Origin: Gemmatimonadota bacterium
GTDB taxonomy: Bacteria > Gemmatimonadota > Gemmatimonadetes > Longimicrobiales > Gaopeijiaceae
Assembly: GCA_009844885.1 (NCBI GenBank)
Contig: VYAQ01000316.1
Location: forward strand, 21,168 to 85,167
Reading direction: 5' to 3'
DNA length: 64,000 bases
This document shows, in pieces, positions 22,571 to 31,546 of the stretch. A program made the position numbers and the translations under genes. How positions within the stretch are numbered: position 1 is the stretch's first letter; every line of letters starts with the position of its first letter. The notes under the pieces were generated by a model. That model had not been told where the DNA came from. It made no database searches and saw nothing but the letters and a program-made list of their open reading frames with translations.

Positions 22571-23314
22571 TCATCGGGTGGAGACTCGTCCGAAACGCCG
22601 TTCCCGGCGCTGGTAGTCCAGGATGGCTGCGAACAGGTCCTCCCGCCTAAAGTCCGGCCATAGCACCGGGGCGACGTGAAACTCGGTGTACGCCAGCTGC
22701 CAGAGCAGGAAGTTGCTGATCCTGAGCTCTCCGGAGGTGCGAACAAGGAGATCCGGATCCGGAAGCCCGTGCGTGAAGAGCATTCGTTCGACCGTGTCCT
22801 CGCCGATCGCTTCCGGGTCAAGACGTCTGCGGCGAACCTGCTCCGCCAGACGACGGACCGCGCGAACGATCTCCTCTCGTCCCCCGTACGAGACCATCAG
22901 GTTGAGCCGTAGCACCGCCCCACCCCGGGTCGCGTTCTCCATCAGCTCCACGGCCGCTCGCGCCGCTGAGTCGAGACGCGAGACCTCGCCCAGTACCCGG
23001 ACCTCGACACCGTGGCCGGCGAGTTCTTCGTGCTCGGACTCGGCGTACGCGCCGAGAAGTTGCATTAGCGCATCGATTTCGGACTGCGGCCGCTTCCAGT
23101 TCTCGGTCGAAAATGCGAAGAGCGTGAGGATCTCGACTCCTGCTTCACAAGCCCCTTCCACGGCCTCTCGGACCGCCTTCATCCCCTCCCAGTGCCCCGC
23201 GTGCCGGGGAAGCCCCCGTCCGGATGCCCACCTGCCGTTGCCATCCATGATGACCGCGACGTGGCGCGGCACGCGCCCTTGTGCCCTGATCAGGGACAGC
23301 GGGTCAGCCGCCAT
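22571..23314 (-). CDS. uppS: Di-trans,poly-cis-undecaprenyl-diphosphate synthase
   Basis: HVAVIMDGNGRWA...LTLFAFSTENWKRP...RTSGELRISNFLLWQLAYTEF. Confidence 0.93.
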   Translation of the reverse strand: MAADPLSLIRAQGRVPRHVAVIMDGNGRWASGRGLPRHAGHWEGMKAVREAVEGACEAGVEILTLFAFSTENWKRPQSEIDALMQLLGAYAESEHEELAGHGVEVRVLGEVSRLDSAARAAVELMENATRGGAVLRLNLMVSYGGREEIVRAVRRLAEQVRRRRLDPEAIGEDTVERMLFTHGLPDPDLLVRTSGELRISNFLLWQLAYTEFHVAPVLWPDFRREDLFAAILDYQRRERRFGRVSTR

Positions 23315-23350
23315 GGACAGGTTGGAGCGGGAGTGCGCTCGTCGCGTGTC

Positions 23351-23902
23351 TCAGATCGCCATCACCTCCTTCTCCTTGACGGAAAGAAGGTGATCGATCC
23401 TGCTGACGTATTCGTCGGTGAGTTTCTGCACGTCGGTCATGGTGCGGTGAGCCTGGTCCTCGCCCACCTCGTTCGCTCGCAACCGCGCCTTCACACGTTC
23501 GTTCGCCGCTTGCCTCGCACGCCGTATCGACACGCGGCCTTCCTCCGCCATCTTGTGCAGAATCCGAACATACTGCTTGCGGCGTTCCTCGCTCAGGGGC
23601 GGAATCGGCACCCGGATGATGGTGCCGTCATTGGAAGGGTTGAGACCCAGGCCGGCTGTCAGCACCGCCTTCTCGATCGGCCCGATGAGGGACGGGTCAA
23701 ACGGCTGCACCACCAGTAGGGACGGGTCCGGCGCGTTTACCGTCGAGACCTGATTCAGCGGCATCCTGCTGCCATATGCCTCCACCCGGACGGAGTCGAG
23801 GATCGAGGGGACGGCCTTGCCTGTGCGCACCGTCTCGAATTCGCGGCGGATCGCCGCAACGGAGGCGTCCATTCTGCTTTTCGCTTCGTCCACCAGTGCC
23901 AC
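23351..23902 (-). CDS. frr: Ribosome recycling factor
   Basis: FETVRTGKAVPSILDSVRVEAYGSRMPLNQVSTV...IPPLSEERRKQYV. GTG start. Confidence 0.95.
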   Translation of the reverse strand: MALVDEAKSRMDASVAAIRREFETVRTGKAVPSILDSVRVEAYGSRMPLNQVSTVNAPDPSLLVVQPFDPSLIGPIEKAVLTAGLGLNPSNDGTIIRVPIPPLSEERRKQYVRILHKMAEEGRVSIRRARQAANERVKARLRANEVGEDQAHRTMTDVQKLTDEYVSRIDHLLSVKEKEVMAI

Positions 23903-23942
23903 GCCGAGCTCCTTCCGCGCGATCCGACAATGATTCCGTGAA

Positions 23943-24665
23943 CTAAGATACCAGCGTTCCGACTCGCCTACCCTGTATCGCTCTGCGGACCGCCCCCTGG
24001 GCGTCGAGATTCAGCACGATGATCGGGAGGTCGTTCTCGCGGCAGAGGGACACCGCCGCCGCGTCCATGACCCGCAGATCACGCCTGACGACCTCGTGGT
24101 ACGAGATTTCCGGGATGAACTCGGCCGCCGGGTCGCTGGCGGGATCCGCGCTGTACACACCCTCGACCTTCGTGGCCTTGATGACGATGTCCGCATCCAT
24201 CTCGATGGCCCGCAGAACCGCTGCCGTGTCGGTCGAGAAATAGGGATTCCCGGTACCTCCGGCGAAGATGACGATTCTTCCCTTTTCCATGTGCCGAAGC
24301 GCCCTGCGCCGGATGTACGGTTCGGCCAGCTGCGGCATCCGGATCGCCGTCATGACGCGGGTCTCGACCTCCCTCCTTTCGAGCAGATCCTGCACCGCCA
24401 GCGCATTCATGATCGTGGCCAGCATCCCCATGTAGTCCGCGGAAACCCTGTCCATTCCGCGCTGACTGGCGATGGCGCCGCGCACGATGTTGCCGCCTCC
24501 GATGACCAGCCCCAGCGATACGCCGAGACCGTGGATCGCACGGATCTCGTCGGCGATGCCCTCCACGGTCCTTGGATCGATGCCGAAGCCGCGTGATCCC
24601 GCGAGAGCTTCGCCCGAGAGCTTCAGGAGTACGCGGCCGTAGCCCGAACTCCTCCGGTCGCTCAC
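23943..24665 (-). CDS. pyrH: UMP kinase
   Basis: [22 protein letters not shown]...GGGNIVRG...[13 protein letters not shown]. The start is set at GTG 24665; GTG 24710 is an alternative. The track start at 24773 would overlap tsf. Confidence 0.9.
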   Translation of the reverse strand: MSDRRSSGYGRVLLKLSGEALAGSRGFGIDPRTVEGIADEIRAIHGLGVSLGLVIGGGNIVRGAIASQRGMDRVSADYMGMLATIMNALAVQDLLERREVETRVMTAIRMPQLAEPYIRRRALRHMEKGRIVIFAGGTGNPYFSTDTAAVLRAIEMDADIVIKATKVEGVYSADPASDPAAEFIPEISYHEVVRRDLRVMDAAAVSLCRENDLPIIVLNLDAQGAVRRAIQGRRVGTLVS

Positions 24666-24738
24666 GCCGCGGGATCCGGTCGACTCGCGTACCGGAAGTC
24701 CGGCCGGCACACAATCCGCGACGCCCCCATCGAGACCC

Positions 24739-25332
24739 CTATCCTCCGATCCTGAAGCGCGCAAAGCGTGCAACTCGGACGTTCTCGCCGGTCTTTGCGG
24801 ACGTCTCGGTAATCAGATCACCGACGCTCTTGTCCGGGTCCTTTACGAAGGCCTGTTCCAGGAGAACGCTCTGCCTGTAGAACTTGGCCATCTTGCCCTC
24901 CACGATTCGATCGCGAATGTGTTCGGGCTTGCCTTCGCGGGCGACCTGATCGGCAAAGATCTTCCGCTCCCGCGCCACTACCGCCGAATCGACGTCCCCG
25001 GTCGCGACGGCCAACGGATCGGACGCGGCGACGTGCATCGCGACATCCCGCGCGAGCGTCCTGAACTCGTCCGTGTTCGCCACGAAATCGGTCTCGCAGT
25101 TGAGTTCCACCAGGACGCCGATGCGGCCCCCGTGGTGAATGTAGCTGGCCACGACCCCCTCGTTGACCGCGCGATCGGCCCGCCTGGCGGCCTTCGCTTC
25201 CCCTTTGCTCCGCAACAGGTCGATGGCGGCTTCGATATCGGCGCCGGTCTCCTGCAGCGCGCGCTTGCAGTCCATCATACCCGCGCCCGTGCGGTCGCGG
25301 AGTTCCTTTACCAGTTTCGCGGCAATCGTCAT
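24739..25332 (-). CDS. tsf: Elongation factor Ts (short ~197-aa form)
   Basis: [44 protein letters not shown]...[10 protein letters not shown]. Confidence 0.93.
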   Translation of the reverse strand: MTIAAKLVKELRDRTGAGMMDCKRALQETGADIEAAIDLLRSKGEAKAARRADRAVNEGVVASYIHHGGRIGVLVELNCETDFVANTDEFRTLARDVAMHVAASDPLAVATGDVDSAVVARERKIFADQVAREGKPEHIRDRIVEGKMAKFYRQSVLLEQAFVKDPDKSVGDLITETSAKTGENVRVARFARFRIGG

Positions 25333-25392
25333 TTCCGGGTCTTTCTGGGTCGCGTCACGGACCGTGCGGGCCGGCGCTCTTGTGAGAGAACC

Positions 25393-26292
25393 TCAGCCGC
25401 TCTCGTTCCCGGCGTCCCCGGGTTTGGAGGCCGAGTCACCATCGCCGGACTTTCGCACCTGCGCGATGGCCTCGGGGCGCGGACGGCGTCGGCGAGGTCT
25501 GCGCCTCACTTCCCTGACGTCCGCGGACTTCTCACCGGTCTCGGTCGAGTAGGTGGTGGCTTCCAGCTCCGCCTGCCGACGCAGCTGCTCGTCGGGCACC
25601 TCCCGCCGCGCCGTTTCGATCGCATCCGCGATCTGACCGGCGATCAGGCTCACCGAGCGGATCGCGTCGTCGTTCCCGGGGATGGGATAGTCGATCAGTT
25701 CGGGATCCACATTCGTGTCGGCGATGGAGATCACGGGGATCCCGAGCCGATGGGCCTCCCGCACTCCGATGATCTCGCGCTTCGCGTCCACGACGAACAC
25801 CGCGCCGGGCAATCGCACCATGTCGCGGACGCCGATGAAGTACTTCTCGAGCTTGGAACGTTCGCGCTCGAGCAGCAGACGTTCCTTCTTGGTATAGAAT
25901 TCGAAGGCGTTCTCTTCCTGGCCCCGCTCCAACTCCTTCATTCGCCGAATCTGGCGGCGGATGGTCTGGAAATTGGTCAGCATCCCTCCCAGCCAGCGCT
26001 CGGTCACGTACAGCGCCCCGCACCGGTTCGCTTCCTCTTCGATGATCTGGCGCAACTGACGCTTGGTCGAAAGGAAGAGGACCTTGTCCCCCTTCAGCAC
26101 CACCCTGCGCACAGCGTCCCTGGCCTCGTTGAGGCGGTCCAGCGTCTTGCGCAGGTCGATGATGTGGATCCCGTTGCGCTCCCCGAAGATGAACGGACGC
26201 ATCTTGGGGTTCCAGCGCCGGGTCTGGTGGCCGAAATGGACACCAGCGTCGAGCAACTCGGTCAGTCCTACCTGGTTTCCCGCAGGATTCAT
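25393..26292 (-). CDS. rpsB: 30S ribosomal protein S2 (with basic/acidic C-terminal tail)
   Basis: [35 protein letters not shown]...PGAVFVVD...[10 protein letters not shown]. Confidence 0.95.
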   Translation of the reverse strand: MNPAGNQVGLTELLDAGVHFGHQTRRWNPKMRPFIFGERNGIHIIDLRKTLDRLNEARDAVRRVVLKGDKVLFLSTKRQLRQIIEEEANRCGALYVTERWLGGMLTNFQTIRRQIRRMKELERGQEENAFEFYTKKERLLLERERSKLEKYFIGVRDMVRLPGAVFVVDAKREIIGVREAHRLGIPVISIADTNVDPELIDYPIPGNDDAIRSVSLIAGQIADAIETARREVPDEQLRRQAELEATTYSTETGEKSADVREVRRRPRRRRPRPEAIAQVRKSGDGDSASKPGDAGNESG

Positions 26293-26305
26293 TCGAATGC
26301 GCCGC

Positions 26306-26701
26306 CTATCGCTTGCTGAACTGGAAGCGCTTGCGGGCCTTGGGGCGGCCCGGCTTCTTGCGCTCGACTTTGCGTGCGTCCCGGGTCAGCAGGCCGCTTT
26401 CGCGCATGCTCGACCGGACGTCTTCATCCTGCGCGACCAGGGCCCTCGCGATGCCCAGACGGATCGCGTCGGCCTGGCCGGTGAGCCCGCCGCCGCGCAC
26501 CCGCACGCTCACGTCCAGACTGCCCTCCGATCCGGCCACTCGCAACGGATCCTCGATCCGCATTCGGTGGGCAGGTCTCGGGAAGTAGTCCTCGAGCTCG
26601 CGACCATTGATGGACCAAAGTCCCCGCCCCGGGCGGAGGACCACGCGGGCGACGCTGGTCTTCCTGCGTCCCACCGCCTGTATCGGCTGGTTGTTGGCCA
26701 T
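26306..26701 (-). CDS. rpsI: 30S ribosomal protein S9
   Basis: ATG 26701: [25 protein letters not shown]...[19 protein letters not shown]...[25 protein letters not shown]. The 313-aa track ORF is over-extended. Confidence 0.95.
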   Translation of the reverse strand: MANNQPIQAVGRRKTSVARVVLRPGRGLWSINGRELEDYFPRPAHRMRIEDPLRVAGSEGSLDVSVRVRGGGLTGQADAIRLGIARALVAQDEDVRSSMRESGLLTRDARKVERKKPGRPKARKRFQFSKR

Positions 26702-26718
26702 TGCGACTCCGTGGCGGT

Positions 26719-27150
26719 TCAGATTTCCAGGGGCTTCGGGTGCTGGCCCTGATGCGGATGTTGCGCACCCGGGTAGACGCGGAGCTTTTTGCGCACGACC
26801 CGCCCCAGCCTGTTTTTCGGGAGCATCCCGCGAACCGCCAGCTCGATGACTCGATCGGGGAACCGTTCGAGCATCGTGGAGAACGGGATGTGCTTGTCTC
26901 CGCCCATGTAGCCCGAGTGGCGGAAATACGTCTTCTGCTCTGCCTTGCGCCCGGTGAGCACCACCCGCTTGGCGTTGATGACGATGACGTGGTCGCCCGT
27001 GTCCAGATGAGGGGTGTATATGGGCTTGTGCTTGCCCCGCAGGATACGCGCCACTTCGGTGGCGAGGCGCCCCAGGGGCTTGCCCTCCGCGTCGACCACC
27101 CACCATGTGCGGCGGATGTCTTCCCTCTTGGGAGTTATGGTCTTCGTCAC
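26719..27150 (-). CDS. rplM: 50S ribosomal protein L13
   Basis: GTG 27150: [60 protein letters not shown]. Confidence 0.93.
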   Translation of the reverse strand: MTKTITPKREDIRRTWWVVDAEGKPLGRLATEVARILRGKHKPIYTPHLDTGDHVIVINAKRVVLTGRKAEQKTYFRHSGYMGGDKHIPFSTMLERFPDRVIELAVRGMLPKNRLGRVVRKKLRVYPGAQHPHQGQHPKPLEI

Positions 27151-27279
27151 AGTTCCCGTTTCCCGCGATACTGAAGCCGCTCCCACGCTCCCGGGGGAAA
27201 CGGCTCGAAAAAATCCACAGCATGGAAAGGTATCCGTGCCAGGCCACCGTGTCAACGCGCGTTTCGACCCCCGAACCGA

Positions 27280-28131
27280 CTAGTCGGAGAAGGACTCCAG
27301 CACGCGTCTTCTGGAAGCGTGGCGGAGGTGGCCCAGGGCCTTCTCCTTGATCTGACGCACGCGTTCACGCGTGACGCCCAACAGCTCCCCGATCTCCTCC
27401 AGGGACCTGGGCTCCTCTCCGCCGAGACCGAAATAGAGTCGCAGAATCCTCGCCTCCCGCTCGGCCAGGGTGCCGAGCACCTTCCTCAGAGATTCGGTGA
27501 GCAGCCTCTCGTAGGTCCTTTCGTCGGGCCCTTGCGACATCCGGTCGGGGATGTAGTCGATCAGGCGGCCATCCTCGCCAGGCACGATCGGCGAATCCAG
27601 TGACACGGGCGAGCGGGTGAGCGTGAGCGTCCGCTCCACCTCCTCCGGGGTCAGGTCCAGCCCCCGCGCAATCTCGTCCGGAGTGGGCTCGCGGCCCAGC
27701 TTCTGTAGGCGCGCCGCCCTGTATTTCGCGATCCGATGCAGCGTTGCCACTCTGTTGAGCGGCACACGGACGATTCGGCTTTGCTCGGCGAGGGCCTGCA
27801 GGATCGCCTGCCGTATCCACCAGACGGCGTAGCTGATGAACTTGATGCCCCTCGTCTCGTCGAATTTGTGTGCAGCCCGGATCAGGCCAATGTTCCCCTC
27901 GCTTATGAGGTCGGACAGCGGAACGCCCTGGTTCTGGTACTTCTTCGACACCGATACAACGAACCGCAGGTTCGCGCGCACGAGCTTGGTCAGGGCCTCC
28001 TCCTCGCCCCGCCTGATGCCCTGGGCGAGCCGAGCCTCCTCTTCCCGATCGATCAGCGGGTACCGGCTGATTTCCTGAAGATACTGGTCCAGCGAGTCGT
28101 CCAGGGGTCGGGATTGCCCGGTAAGGCTCAT
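27280..28131 (-). CDS. rpoD: RNA polymerase sigma-70 factor, short (283 aa) RpoD/SigA-like form
   Basis: Regions 1.2-4.2 are all present: LDQYLQEISRYPLI..., ANLRFVVSVSKKYQNQGVPLSDLISEGNIGLIRAAHKFDETRGIKFISYAVWWIRQAI, and region 4.2 LEEIGELLGVTRERVRQIKEKAL. From memory it closely resembles the ~287-aa primary sigma factor of Bacteroidota. The symbol assignment is tentative. Confidence 0.85.
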   Translation of the reverse strand: MSLTGQSRPLDDSLDQYLQEISRYPLIDREEEARLAQGIRRGEEEALTKLVRANLRFVVSVSKKYQNQGVPLSDLISEGNIGLIRAAHKFDETRGIKFISYAVWWIRQAILQALAEQSRIVRVPLNRVATLHRIAKYRAARLQKLGREPTPDEIARGLDLTPEEVERTLTLTRSPVSLDSPIVPGEDGRLIDYIPDRMSQGPDERTYERLLTESLRKVLGTLAEREARILRLYFGLGGEEPRSLEEIGELLGVTRERVRQIKEKALGHLRHASRRRVLESFSD

Positions 28132-28256
28132 CAGTCGTCTCTCGCTCAGGGACCACGGGACTGCGGTGTTGGACCGGCCGCAGGGTCGGTCCGAGGGTGC
28201 CCTGGAATGTGCGCCCCGAACCGCAAGTCCGAAAGGCCCGGATCGCGCAAGCGCGG

Positions 28257-29615
28257 CTAGCCGCGCTGCAGACCGTGCCTTTCGATCTTCTTGTAGAGGT
28301 TCGAACGGGGCATGCCCATTCGGCGCGCGGCCTCCGAGACATTCCAGTCGTGATCCCTCAGTTTCCCCGCGATGAAGGCCTTTTCGGCGGCCTCCTTGAA
28401 TTCGCTGAGCGTCTCCAGAGCCATCATGTCCCCCGGCACACCGGTTTCCGAATCACCCGGCCGCACGAGCGCATCCACATCGGTGCGCTCCACCGAATCA
28501 CCCCCGCTCAGGATCATGAGACGGGCCACCGCGTTCTTGAGCTGGCGCACGTTGCCCGGCCAGTCCGAATCGACCAGGGCTCCCAGCGCGCCTTCAGTGA
28601 ACCGCTTGTAGGTCACCCCGTAGCTTCCGGGCACAAGGTCCGCAAAGTGCGCCACAAGCATCGGAATGTCCTCGCGGCGCTCTCTGAGTGGCGGAACCCG
28701 AATTGTAACCATGTTGAGACGGTGCAGGAGGTCCTCCCTGAAGTCCCCCTTCTCGATCTGGTCGTACAGATCCTTGTTGGTCGCAGCGATCACGCGAACA
28801 TCCACGGACGCGGGCCGCGCGCCTCCAACCGGTGTGATGTCGCCCCCCTGCAGCGCCCGGAGCACTTTGGCCTGGGCCGCGAGGGACATGTCCCCCACCT
28901 CATCGAGGAAGAGCGTGCCGCGATGGGCCTGCTCGAACTTGCCCTCACGGTCGGCGACCGCACCGGTGAACGATCCCTTCACGTGCCCGAAGAGTTCCGA
29001 CTCGATCAGCTCCGAAGGGATGGCTGCGCAGTTCACCTCCACAAACCGCTGTTCGGCCCGCGCCGAGCGCCGGTGCAACGCCTTTGCGGTAAGTTCCTTG
29101 CCGGTCCCGTTCTCGCCGGTGATCAGGACGGGCGCATCGGTCGCGCCGACCTTCTCGATGTCGCGCAGGATCTGCCGGATCGCCGACGATGCACCGACGA
29201 TGCCGTGGTGAATCTCGATTTCGCTCGTGAGGCGTTCGACACTGTCGGACAACCCCCTGACCATGAGCGCGTTGCGCAACGTCACCAGCAGCCGGTTGGT
29301 GTCGAGGGGCTTCTCGAGGAAATCGAAGGCCCCCTTGCGTGTGGCCTCGACGGCGGTGCCGATGGTGCCGTGTCCCGATACCATGACCACCACCGCAGCG
29401 GAATCCGCCTCCCGGATCCGCTCCAGGACCTCCAGCCCGTCCATCTTGGGCATCTTCACGTCCAGGAAAACGACATCGGGGCGGAAGTCCGGATAGTCGA
29501 TCAGGCCACTCGGCCCGTTGGGCGACAGATGTACCCGGTGTCCCTCGTACTCGAACAGTTGCTTCAGCGCGACGCCGACCGATTCCTCGTCGTCGATGAT
29601 GAGAATCCTTGCCAT
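28257..29615 (-). CDS. Sigma-54-dependent response regulator (NtrC family: REC + AAA+ + Fis-type HTH)
   Basis: MARILIIDDEESVG...DVVFLDVKMPKMDG (receiver domain). Walker A GENGTGKE, a GAFTGA-type loop (GSFTGAV), Walker B TLFLDEVGD, and a C-terminal HTH WNVSEAARRMGMPRSNLYKKIERHGL. Confidence 0.9.
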   Translation of the reverse strand: MARILIIDDEESVGVALKQLFEYEGHRVHLSPNGPSGLIDYPDFRPDVVFLDVKMPKMDGLEVLERIREADSAAVVVMVSGHGTIGTAVEATRKGAFDFLEKPLDTNRLLVTLRNALMVRGLSDSVERLTSEIEIHHGIVGASSAIRQILRDIEKVGATDAPVLITGENGTGKELTAKALHRRSARAEQRFVEVNCAAIPSELIESELFGHVKGSFTGAVADREGKFEQAHRGTLFLDEVGDMSLAAQAKVLRALQGGDITPVGGARPASVDVRVIAATNKDLYDQIEKGDFREDLLHRLNMVTIRVPPLRERREDIPMLVAHFADLVPGSYGVTYKRFTEGALGALVDSDWPGNVRQLKNAVARLMILSGGDSVERTDVDALVRPGDSETGVPGDMMALETLSEFKEAAEKAFIAGKLRDHDWNVSEAARRMGMPRSNLYKKIERHGLQRG

Positions 29616-30250
29616 GGCTCCGACTCCAGGTTTTCCCCCGGCCCGTCAGGCGCGGACCGGCGCGAGCCGCCCGTCATGGTCTGCGTCCCCTTGAGAGCCA
29701 CCCCGTGAACGTTCGCATACCGAGGCCCGTCAGGGAACAGGCTGCTCTGCACAATGTGGACGGCTTCAACCCTGAACCATTCGGCTCCCAGGGAGAGTTC
29801 AACTCCTCGTTGCCTGCCCCGTCGAGTACCCGGCGGACGGCGTCCGCGCTTCGTCCTTCCGATCGTGAGGTGCGGCCTGAAGGCCCGACGCTCCGCGGCG
29901 AATCCCTCGCCGGCGAGTTCCCGGTCCAGCAGATCACGCATTCGCACCAGAGGATCCGCCTCCAGTCCCACCCAATGGACGCGCGGCGCGCCTCGCCGGG
30001 GGAAGGTGCCGTTGCCCGCCAGACGCGCCCGAAACGGGGGCTTCGAGGCCAGCGCCTCCGCGGCGCGCACCAGCCTGGGCAGCGACGCGTTTTCGATGTC
30101 GCCCATGAAGCGGAGCGTGACATGGTACCGATCGGGAGGGATCCAGCGGACTCCGGGGGTCGCGTCGCGCAGTGGCGCCAGCGCGTTCCAGAGCCGCTCC
30201 CTGACCGTCTCCGGCGGCCAGACCGCGAAGAAGACTCTCCGGCCTGTCAA
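29564..30250 (-). CDS. thpR: RNA 2',3'-cyclic phosphodiesterase (2H family, LigT/ThpR) with ~45-aa C-terminal extension
   Basis: Two HxT/S motifs (YHVTLRF and PHLTIGR) in RVFFAVWPPETVRERL... The proposed TTG start at 30250 forms a TTGA overlap with the upstream stop. The 3' end overlaps the first 52 nt of the response-regulator gene. Confidence 0.72.
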   Translation of the reverse strand: MTGRRVFFAVWPPETVRERLWNALAPLRDATPGVRWIPPDRYHVTLRFMGDIENASLPRLVRAAEALASKPPFRARLAGNGTFPRRGAPRVHWVGLEADPLVRMRDLLDRELAGEGFAAERRAFRPHLTIGRTKRGRRPPGTRRGRQRGVELSLGAEWFRVEAVHIVQSSLFPDGPRYANVHGVALKGTQTMTGGSRRSAPDGPGENLESEPWQGFSSSTTRNRSASR

Positions 30251-31428
30251 GGAACCGGCACCGCCACCGGCTTGAGGATCGTGTCCACCGCGCTCACCGC
30301 GGCTTCTACGTCCTCCTCGCTGGACGCCCAGCCGAGCGAGAACCTTACGGCGCCGCCGCCGGCTGTACCCAGGATCCTGTGTACCTCCGGCGCGCAGTGC
30401 AGCCCGGCCCTCGTCTGGACCCGGTGTTCGCGGTCCAGGCGTCCGGCCAGCGCCGCGGCGTCCATCGACTCCGCCTTGACAGTCACGACCGGCACTCCGT
30501 CCGGCGCCCACGGCGACAGCATCGTGACGCCCGGGATCCCCGACAGCCCGTCGAACAACTTGCCCTTCAGGGCCATCTCGCGAGCGTGGATCGCCCGCGT
30601 GCCGGCTTCAGCGAGGAACCGGCACCCCGCCAGGAGCCCCGCGATTCCGGGCGAATTGCCCGTCCCTGCCTCCAGTCGGTCGGGCATGGCCTTGGGCATT
30701 CGGCGGCGGCGCGAGTCACCGCCGGTGCCCCCGCAGAGCAGCGACCGGCATTCCAGGCCTTCCCTCACCCACAACCCCCCCGTCCCCTGCGGACCCAGGA
30801 GCCCCTTGTGACCCGTGAAGGCGATCACGTCCGCCTCCGGAGAGGCGGAAGGCGGCAGGTGGCCGGCCGACTGCGCCGCATCGGCGACGACAACCGCGCC
30901 GGCGCCGCGAGCGGCCGCGGCGAGCGGCTCGACCGGCATTCGCGTGCCAAGCACGTTCGACGCGACGTTGACCACGAGCACGCGCGCTCCGTCCAGGAGC
31001 CTGACGGCCTCGTCCATGTCGACGCTCCCGTCGGGGCTGCCCGACAGCATTCGAACTTCCACACCCATCGAGGCTGCGAGGTAGTGCGCGGGCCGGAACA
31101 CGGCGTTGTGGTCGTACTGGGAGATGACCAGGACGTCGCCTTCGTCCAACAGGCCCCAGAGCGCCGTGTTCAGAGCGTGCGTGGCGTTGTGCATGAAGGC
31201 GATGCGTCCGGGGTCCCCGGGCAATCCCAGCAGGCGTGCCAGGGCGCGGCGGCAGCGAAACGCGATCCGCGCGGCCTCGGTGGCCCCGGAGTGTCCCCCT
31301 CTTCCCGGCGTGCAGCCGTTTCCCCGCAGGAATTCCGCCACCGCCGCCGCAACTTCGGGCGGGCGCACCGCCGACGTGGCGGCATAGTCCATGTAGTGAT
31401 TCGCGCGGTCCATCCCTGACGAGTGCAT
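30247..31428 (-). CDS. Class-V aminotransferase-fold PLP enzyme, cysteine desulfurase-like
   Basis: ATG 31428 (alternative 31413): MDYAATSAVRPPEV...DAAQSAGHLP...FTGHKGLLGPQGTGGLWV (PLP lysine)...RAGLHCAPEVHRILG (active-site Cys loop). Confidence 0.85.
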   Translation of the reverse strand: MHSSGMDRANHYMDYAATSAVRPPEVAAAVAEFLRGNGCTPGRGGHSGATEAARIAFRCRRALARLLGLPGDPGRIAFMHNATHALNTALWGLLDEGDVLVISQYDHNAVFRPAHYLAASMGVEVRMLSGSPDGSVDMDEAVRLLDGARVLVVNVASNVLGTRMPVEPLAAAARGAGAVVVADAAQSAGHLPPSASPEADVIAFTGHKGLLGPQGTGGLWVREGLECRSLLCGGTGGDSRRRRMPKAMPDRLEAGTGNSPGIAGLLAGCRFLAEAGTRAIHAREMALKGKLFDGLSGIPGVTMLSPWAPDGVPVVTVKAESMDAAALAGRLDREHRVQTRAGLHCAPEVHRILGTAGGGAVRFSLGWASSEEDVEAAVSAVDTILKPVAVPVP

Positions 31429-31546
31429 CCGCTTGAGATTCGCCTCCACCGGCGCCCACGGCTGTTCCGCAAGCTCCTCGGGCTCGTTTTCCCGTGCACT
31501 GCTACGATGGCAGGCTAATGCCGGGACGGGCCGGCAAACAAGGGCG

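Noticed and set aside
24919-26319. 466-aa plus-strand ORF
   Set aside because: It is antisense to tsf and rpsB.
28197-29708. 503-aa plus-strand ORF
   Set aside because: It is antisense to the sigma-54 activator gene, which has REC, AAA+ and HTH motifs.
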